DNA of 64,000 bases, from the sequence record MZ189261.1, one strand, 5' to 3'. Made by a program: the position numbers and the translations under genes. Below are positions 9,145-18,556 of this stretch, one piece after another (position 1 is the first letter of the stretch; the number at the start of each line of letters is the position of its first letter). The notes under the pieces are model-generated. The model worked only from the letters and a program-made list of their open reading frames with translations. It was not told the origin of the DNA and searched no databases. The stretch is from Escherichia phage S143_2.

Positions 9145-10458
9145 TCAAATAAAATGGACGTCAAACCGACCACGAGTTGTGCCGACATACAATAACTGTT
9201 TAGCTAATTCTGAATCAGCGTAATGGATACACGGTGTATAAACAAAGGCCGTGTCAACAGACATACCCTGGGCCTTATGGAAGGTTGATACTGGTAGTGC
9301 CTTCACCTTAGTGAACATACGTTTAGCATCCCAGAATTCGCTCCATGGAGCTTTACCACCTTTATTCCAAAATTTGTATGTTTCTGCGGTCTTAGCCAAA
9401 AACAAATTGAACTTATAAAGCTCTTCTTCAGAAGAAATAACCTTTATATCTTCGCGGATGTATTCTTCATCATCCCCGTATGTTTCTACTGTAAGATTCC
9501 AGTATCGTATCATATATTCGCCTGAAACACCACGTGCTTTAACAAATGTAGACGTTTCTACAGCATCTCGAATACGAACGAATTGGCCGTTATTGAAAAG
9601 CATTTCGGTCATATTTTTACCATCTAGCTTATATGTCTTAGTAAATGGCTCTTGTAGAACAATGACTTCGTCTTTAATAAATGGTTTTTCTGTTTCAAGA
9701 AGTTTTCGGCGAATAATTGAATTTAACTTGTCCACCGACTTATTTGTGAATGCCATCATTCGATTTTCGAAAAGGTCTTCAGGAGTTTTAACGACGTTAA
9801 AATAGTTCATCATATACGATTTAAGGTCTGTATATCCATGAACACCGTGCCCATCAACTACTTTATCATAAATCCATTTCCCATTACGAATATCAGTCGC
9901 AACATCAATAATTGGTGCATTGCTACGTTTAACTTCTGTAAGGTTGCATTGCACGAAGTCTTTGTGGGTGAAGAAAGGACTTAGATACGCAGTTGATTCG
10001 CCTGGGTCTACCGGACGAATCTGGCAACGGTCGCCGATTCCAATTACTGTACACCATTTAGGGATACTAGCTAACATTATTTTAAACAGAGAACGGTCGC
10101 ACATTGACGCTTCATCAAATAACAGTACACGACACAAGGCTAAGTCTGGAACCTTTTTCTGTTCAAACAATACGTTTTCTTCGTATGTAGTTGGGTTGAT
10201 TTTAAGAATGCTATGAATAGTCGATGCTTCTTGACCAGCAAGTTTACTTAGAACCTTTTTAGCGGCATGTGTAGGGGCTGCTAAAATAATACCTGATTCT
10301 CCAGAAGAAATAAGGGCTTCAACGATGAATCTAGTAAGGGTTGTTTTACCTGTACCAGCAGGCCCATTAATAGTTACGTGATGTTTCTTTTCTTTAATAG
10401 CGTTCATAACAACGTTGAAGGCGTTTTTCTGGCCTTCAGTCAAATCATCAAATGTCAT
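9145..10458 (-). CDS. dda: Dda DNA helicase (SF1B)
   Basis: Walker A GPAGTGKTT, 437 aa, MTFDDLTEGQKNAF start typical of T4 Dda. Confidence 0.9.
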   Translation of the reverse strand: MTFDDLTEGQKNAFNVVMNAIKEKKHHVTINGPAGTGKTTLTRFIVEALISSGESGIILAAPTHAAKKVLSKLAGQEASTIHSILKINPTTYEENVLFEQKKVPDLALCRVLLFDEASMCDRSLFKIMLASIPKWCTVIGIGDRCQIRPVDPGESTAYLSPFFTHKDFVQCNLTEVKRSNAPIIDVATDIRNGKWIYDKVVDGHGVHGYTDLKSYMMNYFNVVKTPEDLFENRMMAFTNKSVDKLNSIIRRKLLETEKPFIKDEVIVLQEPFTKTYKLDGKNMTEMLFNNGQFVRIRDAVETSTFVKARGVSGEYMIRYWNLTVETYGDDEEYIREDIKVISSEEELYKFNLFLAKTAETYKFWNKGGKAPWSEFWDAKRMFTKVKALPVSTFHKAQGMSVDTAFVYTPCIHYADSELAKQLLYVGTTRGRFDVHFI

Positions 10459-10766
10459 CGTAAAGTCCCTGCAATTGGAATACTAACAATACGGCCTGTG
10501 TCCAGGATTCGTTGATACAATTTTTGCGTCTCCGCATCTAGTTTAACGTGTTTCATTTCAAGCTTATTAAACCAGAACTTACGCGGAGTTTCAACCATTC
10601 TTAGAACTCCCATTTTTAAATCTGTTTTATACTGTGTTTTCAAAGTATCGAAAACTTTATCTGCAATATCCTTTCTAAAAAATACTGCAGGACGATGCTC
10701 ATCAAGTGGAACCGGGACAGTAAATCCTTCCATATCTCGATAAACTATTGCATATACATAAACCAT
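10455..10766 (-). CDS. hypothetical protein (dda.1 position)
   Basis: ORF track; start overlaps dda stop. Confidence 0.5.
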   Translation of the reverse strand: MVYVYAIVYRDMEGFTVPVPLDEHRPAVFFRKDIADKVFDTLKTQYKTDLKMGVLRMVETPRKFWFNKLEMKHVKLDAETQKLYQRILDTGRIVSIPIAGTLR

Positions 10767-10768
10767 AA

Positions 10769-11515
10769 TTAACCTTTAATCAGTTGGAATAATGATGCGC
10801 TAAGTGGTAAGCCACGTTTCAATTTTAATTTACCAATGAAACCAATCTTTTCAAAACGTTGCAGACCTTGGATAACTTTATCATATGTATCGAAAAGCGA
10901 TTCAGCGTCAGTTAATTTAGTTTTAGTTTTCCAGTCAGAGCCTTTAAGAAGAACGTTGAGTTTAGTAAGTTCATGGCCTTCTGCTTGATGTGAGCCATTA
11001 ATGCGTGCTTTCAAAGCAACAATTCTAAGTTTAGATTCGTTAGATAAAGGTTGATTTTTCATCATGTTCGCCATATGCTTAACACGATTTTCACGTTTTG
11101 CTCGGATTTTTAAAATAGTACCATAAACCTTTTTAATTTGGGCCCATTTCTTCTCATCGAGATTAAGTTTCTCTACTTTACGGGCAGAAGGATTAGCAAT
11201 ACGTCTTGCAACAGCGTCACGTTTCTCAATAAGTTCTTCTAATGTTAAATCAGAACGAGCCGTGTTATATTTTTTCTTAACCGGGATAACATTACCTTTA
11301 ATGTAGCCGATATCGTTATTAAAACGTTCTAAGGATAATTTCTCACCTTCAACAGAGTTATTGAAAGATTCACCTGAGTAAGCGCAGACCTTTTGATCAA
11401 GAATGTTTTTAAGGTAATTAAAGTCTAAGTTAAAATCCTTAGAGCGTCTCTTCGCAGAAGCTCTGGTGTGGTCAAGACGACGATTGATTTTGTTAATTTT
11501 ATTATTTGATAACAT
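10769..11515 (-). CDS. hypothetical basic protein (Srd position); degenerate HNH-like motif
   Basis: 248 aa, CAYSGESF...NDIGYIKGNVIPV; synteny only. Confidence 0.45.
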   Translation of the reverse strand: MLSNNKINKINRRLDHTRASAKRRSKDFNLDFNYLKNILDQKVCAYSGESFNNSVEGEKLSLERFNNDIGYIKGNVIPVKKKYNTARSDLTLEELIEKRDAVARRIANPSARKVEKLNLDEKKWAQIKKVYGTILKIRAKRENRVKHMANMMKNQPLSNESKLRIVALKARINGSHQAEGHELTKLNVLLKGSDWKTKTKLTDAESLFDTYDKVIQGLQRFEKIGFIGKLKLKRGLPLSASLFQLIKG

Positions 11516-11555
11516 AATATTTTCCTCTGTCTTACGGACGTTAGGCCATTTAGCT

Positions 11556-11593
11556 GATAGGTCTATAATATCATGCCCTCAGGTAGTGTACAC
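11556..11593 (-). promoter_or_regulatory. early promoter element (variant -35 GTGTAC)
   Basis: gataggtctataata core, 17 nt, GTGTAC. Confidence 0.4.
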
Positions 11594-11666
11594 TCTTTTT
11601 CATAAAATGCTTTAATTTTTTATGTGTTATAATGGTTCTGAGTTCCATCCGGTTATTCCAATCCAG

Positions 11667-12275
11667 TCAGTAACCAACAATAGACAGATTCCAGATTGTA
11701 TAACGTCCATCTTGAATAATAGAATCTACACGCAGTGTAGTCCCTATAGGGAGCATAAATTCACATTCGTCAGATATAAGTCTAGCATTAGACCGTCTTG
11801 TCGCTTCAGGGAAAGCTCCATTGAACTCACAAGATGGCGCAGCCAGAATCATATTAAGCATATGTTCACGGAAGTTGAAAGCAAATGGTGCATCTTTGAT
11901 GCAGAACATATTAAATGTTCCGTAAAAATTATACGAAGCAAAGTTACGTGCTACACCGAACACTGGGCTGAAGCTCATTACTCTGTCAAATTTAATAATA
12001 CTACCAATGCCTTTATCATCGAGTGTGGCCATAGTTTTCTTAGAGATTCCACGATACATTGTCTCAGGAACAGAAGACGTCCAATTTCTACGAACGATTG
12101 AACTTAACTCCTGTTGAATACAGTCTGGCTTGTTTTCCATACATTGCCACAGTACACTTTGTTCAATGTCGCTGAATTGACTATCAATTTCGTACTGCAA
12201 TACATCTTGATATTCGGGGTTTTGAGCACGACGAACCATTTCTTCAATTTCACACTCGTTATACGGCATAAACAT
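11667..12275 (-). CDS. modA: ADP-ribosyltransferase, ModA/ModB-like
   Basis: R-S-E type motifs (MYRG, ECEF), 202 aa, position after the Srd-like gene. Confidence 0.6.
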   Translation of the reverse strand: MFMPYNECEIEEMVRRAQNPEYQDVLQYEIDSQFSDIEQSVLWQCMENKPDCIQQELSSIVRRNWTSSVPETMYRGISKKTMATLDDKGIGSIIKFDRVMSFSPVFGVARNFASYNFYGTFNMFCIKDAPFAFNFREHMLNMILAAPSCEFNGAFPEATRRSNARLISDECEFMLPIGTTLRVDSIIQDGRYTIWNLSIVGY

Positions 12276-12282
12276 TTAGGTT

Positions 12283-12333
12283 TCTCCTGTGGTTGATAAA
12301 AGTATAATATCATCGTCAGTAGAGTTTGTACAC
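12283..12333 (-). promoter_or_regulatory. early promoter element proximal to the ModA-like gene
   Basis: minus-sense TGTACA, 17 nt, TATTAT, then GGAGAA SD. Confidence 0.4.
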
Positions 12334-12424
12334 TAAAAATTCAACATTTTCAAATGAATGATTTTGTTAGGTATTCGCGTTCTTGAAGTTCAGATTGACA
12401 TGTCATGATAGACCTCCATTTAAA

Positions 12425-12462
12425 GATAAGCCTATCATAACACGAGAGGAGGGAATGTAAAC
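12425..12462 (-). promoter_or_regulatory. early promoter
   Basis: minus-sense GTTTAC, 17 nt, TATGAT, then GATAGGCTTATC. Confidence 0.45.
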
Positions 12463-12626
12463 TACTTTTTAAGCTTTCCTACTAAAGGTCCATCAGGACC
12501 TGGTTGTTCTAACATGAATAATGATGCTTTAAAAAGCAATGTCAACCCTTTCACCATTCGATACCATGTCTCAAAGTCTTTTTCCTTGATTTCTAGTAAG
12601 AATTTCTCTTTAAATTTCTCTTTCAT
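12462..12626 (-). CDS. small ORF (54 aa, below cutoff)
   Basis: ATGA start/stop overlap with upstream gene; hand translation MKEKFKEKFLLEIK... Confidence 0.3.
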   Translation of the reverse strand: MKEKFKEKFLLEIKEKDFETWYRMVKGLTLLFKASLFMLEQPGPDGPLVGKLKK

Positions 12627-12811
12627 TTCCAAGGACTCCATGGTGGAGGGTCGTCATAATAAGAGGCAAGGTCTTTCAGGGCTTCGACAGGTAAACTAAA
12701 GCCGTGACGTTGTATAATACTATCTAGTTCATCAACAAGTTCACTACGATGCACTTTAGGAGCCTCAACTTCGGGCTCATCAAACATACTCATCAAGTCC
12801 ATATTATTCAC
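12623..12811 (-). CDS. hypothetical acidic small protein
   Basis: ORF track. Confidence 0.45.
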   Translation of the reverse strand: MNNMDLMSMFDEPEVEAPKVHRSELVDELDSIIQRHGFSLPVEALKDLASYYDDPPPWSPWK

Positions 12812-13268
12812 CGAGATAAAAACTAGCAGGTTCAGAGAATGTTTCTAGCGCTACACCTTTTGTCTTAAAAAATTTCCAAATAGCTCGTTGCAAATGGACT
12901 AAATCTGCTAATGATGTAATAAAGTATTTTTTGGCAAAATACTTATGGTCTCGCTTTTCAAACAAGTCTAAACGCTTTTCAGGATTCACATAAACTGCAT
13001 TTTCCGTAGATTCATAACCTAAGTCCTTTATGCCTTCTTCAAGACTAAACGGAGAATTTTTAGAACGAGTAATAGCTCCAACTCGCTCTACACGAATTTT
13101 GTAACCTTTAGGAATCTGCAATTTGCAGAATTCTTCTACGATATATTGCGGATTATTTAGACTTTTGTTAATTAGAATAGCTATTTCTAGTGGAGTCTTA
13201 TCTTCCACTGGTATATGTTTAAATGACTTGGCTTCAAGCAAATACATTTTAAATAGCATAGCATCCAT
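12804..13268 (-). CDS. hypothetical protein (154 aa)
   Basis: ORF track. Confidence 0.55.
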   Translation of the reverse strand: MDAMLFKMYLLEAKSFKHIPVEDKTPLEIAILINKSLNNPQYIVEEFCKLQIPKGYKIRVERVGAITRSKNSPFSLEEGIKDLGYESTENAVYVNPEKRLDLFEKRDHKYFAKKYFITSLADLVHLQRAIWKFFKTKGVALETFSEPASFYLGE

Positions 13269-13447
13269 TATAATTTCCTCGATGGTTCACCCATATAAAG
13301 TTTTACAATACGTTCGCCTTCATCTTCGACGAGCTTTTCTTCATGTTTCTGGAATTCTTTAGCCATATTCTCTTCAAGAACATCCAGCCAATCTTCTGGA
13401 CCGACACCATCGTCCCAGCTTTTAAACCATTTAACTATCTTGTTCAT
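13268..13447 (-). CDS. small ORF (59 aa, below cutoff)
   Basis: ATGA overlap with upstream stop, TAATG overlap with downstream start. Confidence 0.35.
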   Translation of the reverse strand: MNKIVKWFKSWDDGVGPEDWLDVLEENMAKEFQKHEEKLVEDEGERIVKLYMGEPSRKL

Positions 13448-13630
13448 TCGCAGCTCCCTGAGCTTGAATCACAATCAGAATAACTTGACCCAGAATCACC
13501 AGACCAAGACGATACGTATGAATGATTATAACTTGAAGAGCTTGAAGCAGACTTTGGACGAATAACTTCTTCCATCATGCCGTCACCAATGTATTCCCAA
13601 GCCTTTTCACGTGTATCAGGAATAGGCATC
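13444..13630 (-). CDS. small Ser-rich acidic protein (start uncertain)
   Basis: ORF track 13444..13755 trimmed to internal ATG; overlaps next gene in another frame. Confidence 0.3.
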
Positions 13631-13645
13631 ATACCTTCGCCTGGT

Positions 13646-13873
13646 TTAACAGCAAACAACTTCTTCAGCATCGTAAGCATTAATTGTTCCTCGAACAAAA
13701 CGAACACCACCATCATCCCAACGGATTTCGGCATTAAATTTGACGTCTTCACCATCCATCATGAATGAGTGTACGACTACGTCGTCATAATATCCAAGAC
13801 CATATTTCAACGAAACTTCTTGAGCAATCAAAGCACCTAATGTGTTATTAGGTTTAATCCAACGATTTAACAT
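13646..13873 (-). CDS. hypothetical protein (75 aa)
   Basis: ORF track 13646..13942 trimmed to ATG behind GAGGAGAA SD. Confidence 0.4.
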   Translation of the reverse strand: MLNRWIKPNNTLGALIAQEVSLKYGLGYYDDVVVHSFMMDGEDVKFNAEIRWDDGGVRFVRGTINAYDAEEVVCC

Positions 13874-13879
13874 ATTGTT

Positions 13880-13930
13880 CTCCTCTTGAGTAAGTAATAA
13901 TATCTTAACACAGTTTTTAGTGGTTGTAAA
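13880..13930 (-). promoter_or_regulatory. early promoter
   Basis: minus-sense GTTTAC, 17 nt, TAAGAT, then GAGGAGAA SD. Confidence 0.45.
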
Positions 13931-13937
13931 CTGTAGA

Positions 13938-13966
13938 AACAAAAAAAGGAATCCCGAAGGATTCCT
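13938..13966 (-). terminator. UUCG-tetraloop terminator after soc
   Basis: minus-sense aggaatcc-ttcg-ggattcct followed by T7. Confidence 0.6.
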
Positions 13967-13974
13967 TAAATTAT

Positions 13975-14211
13975 TTAACCACTTACTGGTGTAGGGGTAA
14001 ACATTGCAGCGTTCTTAGTTTTCCAAGTTGCTGCATCAGAAACGACATCAGAATAAGCTGCCTTTTCTGATGGAAAGATTTGGTAATGAGAATCTGCAAT
14101 CCGATGTTCGTTTGAATAAATCTCAAACGGTACAGAAACTTCCATACCTTTAACTTCTTTGCCTTCACCTGCAGGATGCGTAAAGGTTTTGATATTAACG
14201 TAACCACCCAT
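13975..14211 (-). CDS. soc: small outer capsid protein Soc
   Basis: 78 aa, GYVNIKTF...HYQIFPSEKAAYS matches Soc. Confidence 0.8.
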   Translation of the reverse strand: MGGYVNIKTFTHPAGEGKEVKGMEVSVPFEIYSNEHRIADSHYQIFPSEKAAYSDVVSDAATWKTKNAAMFTPTPVSG

Positions 14212-14242
14212 AATTAACTCCTTTGTTGTTTAATTACAGGTG

Positions 14243-14250
14243 TATTTATA
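14243..14250 (-). promoter_or_regulatory. late promoter TATAAATA upstream of soc
   Basis: exact TATAAATA on minus strand about 30 nt before soc ATG. Confidence 0.55.
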
Positions 14251-14256
14251 ACTTAA

Positions 14257-14778
14257 TCAGTAACCATTATCCTGGCGTTCAAAGTTGTGTTGGTTTTTCA
14301 AGTAGTAAAGTTTAAAGATTTCTTCAGCAGAAAGACCCAGACCTTGGAACATGTTCAGAACGAAGTGCAGAATATCAATCATCTCAAATTTAATTTCAAG
14401 CTGGTCTTCAGGAGACAGTTCATCGATACGACGATTACGATATTCAGCATGTTGTGCTTTCCACGGCTTCCATACACTGCTGGCGGCTTTTTCACCATTG
14501 CTCATACCACCAAGTGAAGTCAGCAGTTCACGGAATTCATCATCAATATAATCTTTCTGATTACGCAGCCAATCAACAACGTCGCCTGCAGTGGCCAATT
14601 CATCAGGATGTTTGTTATGTTCAGGCTTGTCATTTGCCAAACGAACCTGTAAAGATTTCTGCATATCAAGCATTACCTGAAGTGGGTCTTTATCTTCGTG
14701 AATCAGAGCATTAAAATAAGCTTCTTCTGCTTTATCAACACCAGAAATAAGTTGTGAACATTCGTTAAAGTGTGCCAT
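14257..14778 (-). CDS. 56: dCTP pyrophosphatase (dCTPase) gp56
   Basis: MAHFNEC start, MazG-like, conserved LANDKPEH / ETAGDVVDW blocks; start set to ATG behind GGAAA SD. Confidence 0.85.
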   Translation of the reverse strand: MAHFNECSQLISGVDKAEEAYFNALIHEDKDPLQVMLDMQKSLQVRLANDKPEHNKHPDELATAGDVVDWLRNQKDYIDDEFRELLTSLGGMSNGEKAASSVWKPWKAQHAEYRNRRIDELSPEDQLEIKFEMIDILHFVLNMFQGLGLSAEEIFKLYYLKNQHNFERQDNGY

Positions 14779-14866
14779 TATTTTTCCTTTCAATTCAGTA
14801 TAAGAGAGTTAATTCTAACATTAATTTTATAAAGCGTAATAAATAATAGGTAACTAAGGAGATATT

Positions 14867-15064
14867 ATGTTTAAACTTCCATCGTTAATCAATGCTATTA
14901 AAGGCAATAAAAAGAAAACTGCTATCGCCGCAATAGTTGTAGGTGGCATTATTTCATGGAACTTCGGTATCGCACCATTATTAGTTGCTAATGGTATTAT
15001 AGTTCCTTCTGTTCCATTGGATACTGTAGTTGATTTAGCCTTTGCTATTATAGGGCTTGTTTAA
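14867..15064 (+). CDS. small hydrophobic membrane protein (only convincing plus-strand gene)
   Basis: AAGGAG SD 7 nt before ATG; two hydrophobic segments; fills the gap between genes 56 and 61. Confidence 0.5.
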   Translation: MFKLPSLINAIKGNKKKTAIAAIVVGGIISWNFGIAPLLVANGIIVPSVPLDTVVDLAFAIIGLV

Positions 15065-16083
15065 ATCTTCGAATAACGAGATAATCTCATTTTAGCATGC
15101 AACCCACTTGAAATATTCTGTTTCATATATTCTAAAATTTCTTGTGGTGTTGCATTTTCTTTCATTACCATATCATTCACATCCTTTGAACTCCATGGAG
15201 CTCGGTCCCAGAACATGACACGTTCGCCTGCATCAACTAATCGCTTCATGCGAGCTATAGTATCCGGATGCCTAGGTTCATTATCCATTACCCATACCCG
15301 ACGTTCTTTAAATGGTACCACATCTAAATCTATTGAGCCGCCTGTAATAGCGATTGCATTGGGTATGAATAAACTATCAATAGGGCCTTCCATTACCCAG
15401 ACGTCTCCTTCCTTAACACGTTCAACACCATAAATTTTTGTTGCAGACTCGAACGCTTTAATAGTGATATATTTCTGAGGAGCATCTTTACGAAGTGCAC
15501 GTCCTTGGAATGACTCAGCCTTCCCGTCTTTATTAAAAATAGGAATCACTAAACGTGGTTCGGGAATCTCTTTCTTATACGTACCAGGTTGAATCTTGTT
15601 GACCAATTTAGGCCATTCTAATGTGAACCATAATCTGTTCCACGATTCTTTAGGAATACACCGAGACTTAACATATTTCACAATAGGATGCTCTTCGGGC
15701 AGCTTGTCCAGACGAGAACAAGACGGCAAAGAATTTATAGTCTTTTTCTCCGGTTCTGGTTTATGTTCAGGAACCTTTTCAATCTTTGGTTCCATTCTAG
15801 CTTTTTCTTTACGAACTTCCATTAGATATTCGCGATAAAGCTCTTCATCATACTCTTTTAAGTATCCGGAAATTGTATTGTGGTATTGGCAATTATAACA
15901 ATGTACATTACCAGGAGTACCGCCATAATACCATCCGCGAGCTTTCATTGCATCTGTCTGGGAGTCGCCACAAACTGGACATCGAAATGTTAATTTAAAT
16001 GTGCTTGAATTATTGATTTGTCTAAAACGAGGTAGGTGAGAAAACGCGCGATAAGCAAATTCATTATCTATCCATTCAGCCAT
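15061..16083 (-). CDS. 61: DNA primase gp61
   Basis: zinc ribbon CPVCGDS...HCYNC, Toprim motifs (VMEGPIDSLF, VMDNEPRHPD), 340 aa. Confidence 0.9.
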   Translation of the reverse strand: MAEWIDNEFAYRAFSHLPRFRQINNSSTFKLTFRCPVCGDSQTDAMKARGWYYGGTPGNVHCYNCQYHNTISGYLKEYDEELYREYLMEVRKEKARMEPKIEKVPEHKPEPEKKTINSLPSCSRLDKLPEEHPIVKYVKSRCIPKESWNRLWFTLEWPKLVNKIQPGTYKKEIPEPRLVIPIFNKDGKAESFQGRALRKDAPQKYITIKAFESATKIYGVERVKEGDVWVMEGPIDSLFIPNAIAITGGSIDLDVVPFKERRVWVMDNEPRHPDTIARMKRLVDAGERVMFWDRAPWSSKDVNDMVMKENATPQEILEYMKQNISSGLHAKMRLSRYSKI

Positions 16084-16122
16084 AGTATTCTCCAGAGGCC
16101 TTAAATTAATAAGGCCATCTTA

Positions 16123-16590
16123 TCACAACTTATTAATATTTACTTTAATTCGCTTTCTTTTCTTGGAAGGAATTTGTTCTGGACCTTTATTTACTACTGC
16201 ACCTGTAGTTGTTCCTGATGCAATAGCTTGAGGGCTGCCACCTGAATCACCAGCAACCATATCCTCAAATAAAGGGAGTTCTTTAAATATTTCTTTCTGC
16301 TGTTCTTCCGTAATGTTATAGCGTGAAGCTACAGCACTCCAGGCAGACATCATTGAGGCCATTCCATTAAGACCTGGAACAGTGCTCATCATTCGCTTCA
16401 TTGAACGAACTGAAGCATGAAAAGGTGTATAAGCCGCTTTCTCTTCAGGAGTGGAAGGACGTTTAAGAACACTTCCACGTTCATCGATGATTTTGGCTTC
16501 GTATGCTTTCCATTCGGTAAAAGGTTTTTGCATTAGTCGAATAAACTTATATGCGTAAACAGAATCTATTGCAGTGTTAATAATACCCAT
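16123..16590 (-). CDS. hypothetical protein with basic C-terminal tail
   Basis: ORF track trimmed to ATG (MGIINT) behind AGGAGG SD. Confidence 0.5.
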   Translation of the reverse strand: MGIINTAIDSVYAYKFIRLMQKPFTEWKAYEAKIIDERGSVLKRPSTPEEKAAYTPFHASVRSMKRMMSTVPGLNGMASMMSAWSAVASRYNITEEQQKEIFKELPLFEDMVAGDSGGSPQAIASGTTTGAVVNKGPEQIPSKKRKRIKVNINKL

Positions 16591-16609
16591 AGGTACCTCC
16601 TGAGTATAT

Positions 16610-16807
16610 TTAATCAATTACAAAGATTGCTTTGTCACCATTTATATCCGTGACTTCATATGTAGTGCCTTCATACTGTGGAATATTCCAAATTACACCA
16701 TCATTAGCTTTTACGCTAATATGGCATTGGTGTTTTGAAACAACTTCGTAATCTTCAAAACTTGTAAAAACACTAATTTTAGAACCAGTGCAAATTGCAG
16801 TAGTCAT
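16610..16807 (-). CDS. hypothetical protein (65 aa)
   Basis: ORF track. Confidence 0.45.
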   Translation of the reverse strand: MTTAICTGSKISVFTSFEDYEVVSKHQCHISVKANDGVIWNIPQYEGTTYEVTDINGDKAIFVID

Positions 16808-16808
16808 T

Positions 16809-17468
16809 TTAACCTCGATTCATAAATGCATTAAATATTTGGTCATCAACAGAAATTTCTAATTCAGCTTCAATTGTTTCAGCCTTTTCTTCAGGTGGTA
16901 ATTCGTATCCACACACTACAATTTTTTCATCGATATCAAAATATACAGAAGCAATACGATTAATGTTATTTTCAGTTAAGTCTAAATCAACATCAACATC
17001 TTTTTGACCTTCACTTAAAGGATAACTAATACGGGTTATTTTATTATCTTTAACAAAGAGTCCACCAACATACTCTGTACTACGTTTGAAGTTTACACGT
17101 TTCCGAATTGAAAGATATGATGCATCTTTACCGTGAGCTCGGCTCATAGGACATAATGAATAGCTAGAATAAGAGATGTCAAATCCTACACCTTCAATAT
17201 GAGCCAACGTGTCATGATTAAACCAATTATAATCATATGCCAAATCCATTATATTGTAATATGTGAAAGGCACCGGATTAACATCATACGTTGTACCTTT
17301 AAAATCTGCCCAGGCAATGATTTCGTTATCTTTAACAATTACAAAAATTACACCAATATGATATCCGTTATTATTTTCGTTCGGCGTTATATTATAACAT
17401 TGTGCATTAGGAAATTTACCATATTTAAATGGCGCATTTTTGTGCATATAATAAATCATATTATTCAC
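16809..17468 (-). CDS. hypothetical protein (219 aa)
   Basis: ORF track. Confidence 0.55.
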   Translation of the reverse strand: MNNMIYYMHKNAPFKYGKFPNAQCYNITPNENNNGYHIGVIFVIVKDNEIIAWADFKGTTYDVNPVPFTYYNIMDLAYDYNWFNHDTLAHIEGVGFDISYSSYSLCPMSRAHGKDASYLSIRKRVNFKRSTEYVGGLFVKDNKITRISYPLSEGQKDVDVDLDLTENNINRIASVYFDIDEKIVVCGYELPPEEKAETIEAELEISVDDQIFNAFMNRG

Positions 17469-17754
17469 CTGTGATTTCGGTTACGATATCTTTGTTATCG
17501 AAATTAGGGTCACAATACAAAACATAATTGTACTGCATGATACCGCCAGACTTAAGTTGTTCAACAACTTTATTAACCATATTAGGACGGTCTCGTTTAG
17601 TGATGTTCATGATATCAGAGAAGATTTGTTGTTCAACATCTTCTTGATTTGCAGTCATTGACCACTCACAGAGGTCTTTATCATAACCTGCCGTAACTGG
17701 AGCTGGTGCACATGATACTGCGAGTAAGATTGCTGCCAATGATAACCTTTTCAT
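17461..17754 (-). CDS. sp: periplasmic protein with signal peptide, Spackle (Sp)-like
   Basis: 97 aa, N-terminal signal sequence; size and Cys pattern fit T4 Sp. Confidence 0.5.
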   Translation of the reverse strand: MKRLSLAAILLAVSCAPAPVTAGYDKDLCEWSMTANQEDVEQQIFSDIMNITKRDRPNMVNKVVEQLKSGGIMQYNYVLYCDPNFDNKDIVTEITGE

Positions 17755-17774
17755 TTTAACTCCTTAGTTGATTT

Positions 17775-17813
17775 GATAGGACTACTATACTATAGTCCAT
17801 CTATAATGTAAAC
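17775..17813 (-). promoter_or_regulatory. early promoter with stem-loop
   Basis: minus-sense GTTTAC, 18 nt, TATAGT; ggacta...tagtcc hairpin around -10. Confidence 0.5.
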
Positions 17814-17817
17814 AAGT

Positions 17818-18066
17818 TTATTCTTTTTCGCGAATAATAATTACTTGTTGAGGCTGTAGAGCAGATTTCTTTTCGGCAACGATAGACCAAATTAAAGTTC
17901 CAATCCAACCAACCATCGTCCAGTTAAAGAGTAAAGATACGAAGAAGATTGCTGTTGTGCTTTTTGTGCCACGAATAAGTGCGATTACCCAAGGCAACAT
18001 GTAAATGATGATTGAACCAATACCTGCGATTAAAACTGCTACTGAACTAGCTACGAATAATTCCAT
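17818..18066 (-). CDS. imm: superinfection immunity (Imm)-like membrane protein
   Basis: two TM segments, IALIRG...WT.VGW motif typical of the Imm family. Confidence 0.55.
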   Translation of the reverse strand: MELFVASSVAVLIAGIGSIIIYMLPWVIALIRGTKSTTAIFFVSLLFNWTMVGWIGTLIWSIVAEKKSALQPQQVIIIREKE

Positions 18067-18080
18067 GTTAATTTCCTCTT

Positions 18081-18124
18081 GATTTGTTATGTTTATAGTA
18101 TCTTGGTTTAACTTTAGTGTAAAC
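18081..18124 (-). promoter_or_regulatory. early promoter
   Basis: minus-sense GTTTAC, 18 nt, TACTAT, GAGGAA SD. Confidence 0.5.
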
Positions 18125-18127
18125 CAA

Positions 18128-18496
18128 TTAATTAAATTTGTTTAAACGTTCAATACACTGGATGTAGTTATTCGCGATTTGTTTCTGGGTAGGCTCTTTA
18201 CCAGTTGTTTCAACATAGCGAATGAATGCGATTTCAGTAGCCTGTAAGCAATGTTCTTTAACGCGCTGTTCTTTTGACATAGCTACAGTATCAGAATCAC
18301 GATAACGTTGAGCATGAGCATCAGCTTGAATCATTCGATTACCTACAGTAACCGGGTCTTCCACTTCAACTTTAGGTTGTTCATACTGTTTAACATTCGG
18401 ATTGTAAATCAGTTGGCCGACGTTATTAGGAATAAAGCCATGGGCACCACATCCTGTTAATCCAAATACCATTGCTAAAGCGATTAATTTTTTCAT
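18128..18496 (-). CDS. putative lipoprotein (122 aa)
   Basis: signal peptide with LTGC lipobox. Confidence 0.55.
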   Translation of the reverse strand: MKKLIALAMVFGLTGCGAHGFIPNNVGQLIYNPNVKQYEQPKVEVEDPVTVGNRMIQADAHAQRYRDSDTVAMSKEQRVKEHCLQATEIAFIRYVETTGKEPTQKQIANNYIQCIERLNKFN

Positions 18497-18502
18497 TTCA
18501 AT

Positions 18503-18554
18503 TTCCTCTGTAGTTGATAGAAAGATAGTAACACAGTATGTGGTGCTTGTAAAC
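18503..18554 (-). promoter_or_regulatory. early promoter
   Basis: minus-sense GTTTAC, 18 nt, TACTAT, GAGGAA SD. Confidence 0.5.
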
Positions 18555-18556
18555 AG

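Noticed and set aside
12104-12313. 69-aa minus-strand ORF
   Set aside because: Overlaps the 5' part of the ModA-like gene in another frame and spans its promoter; judged an alternative-frame artefact.
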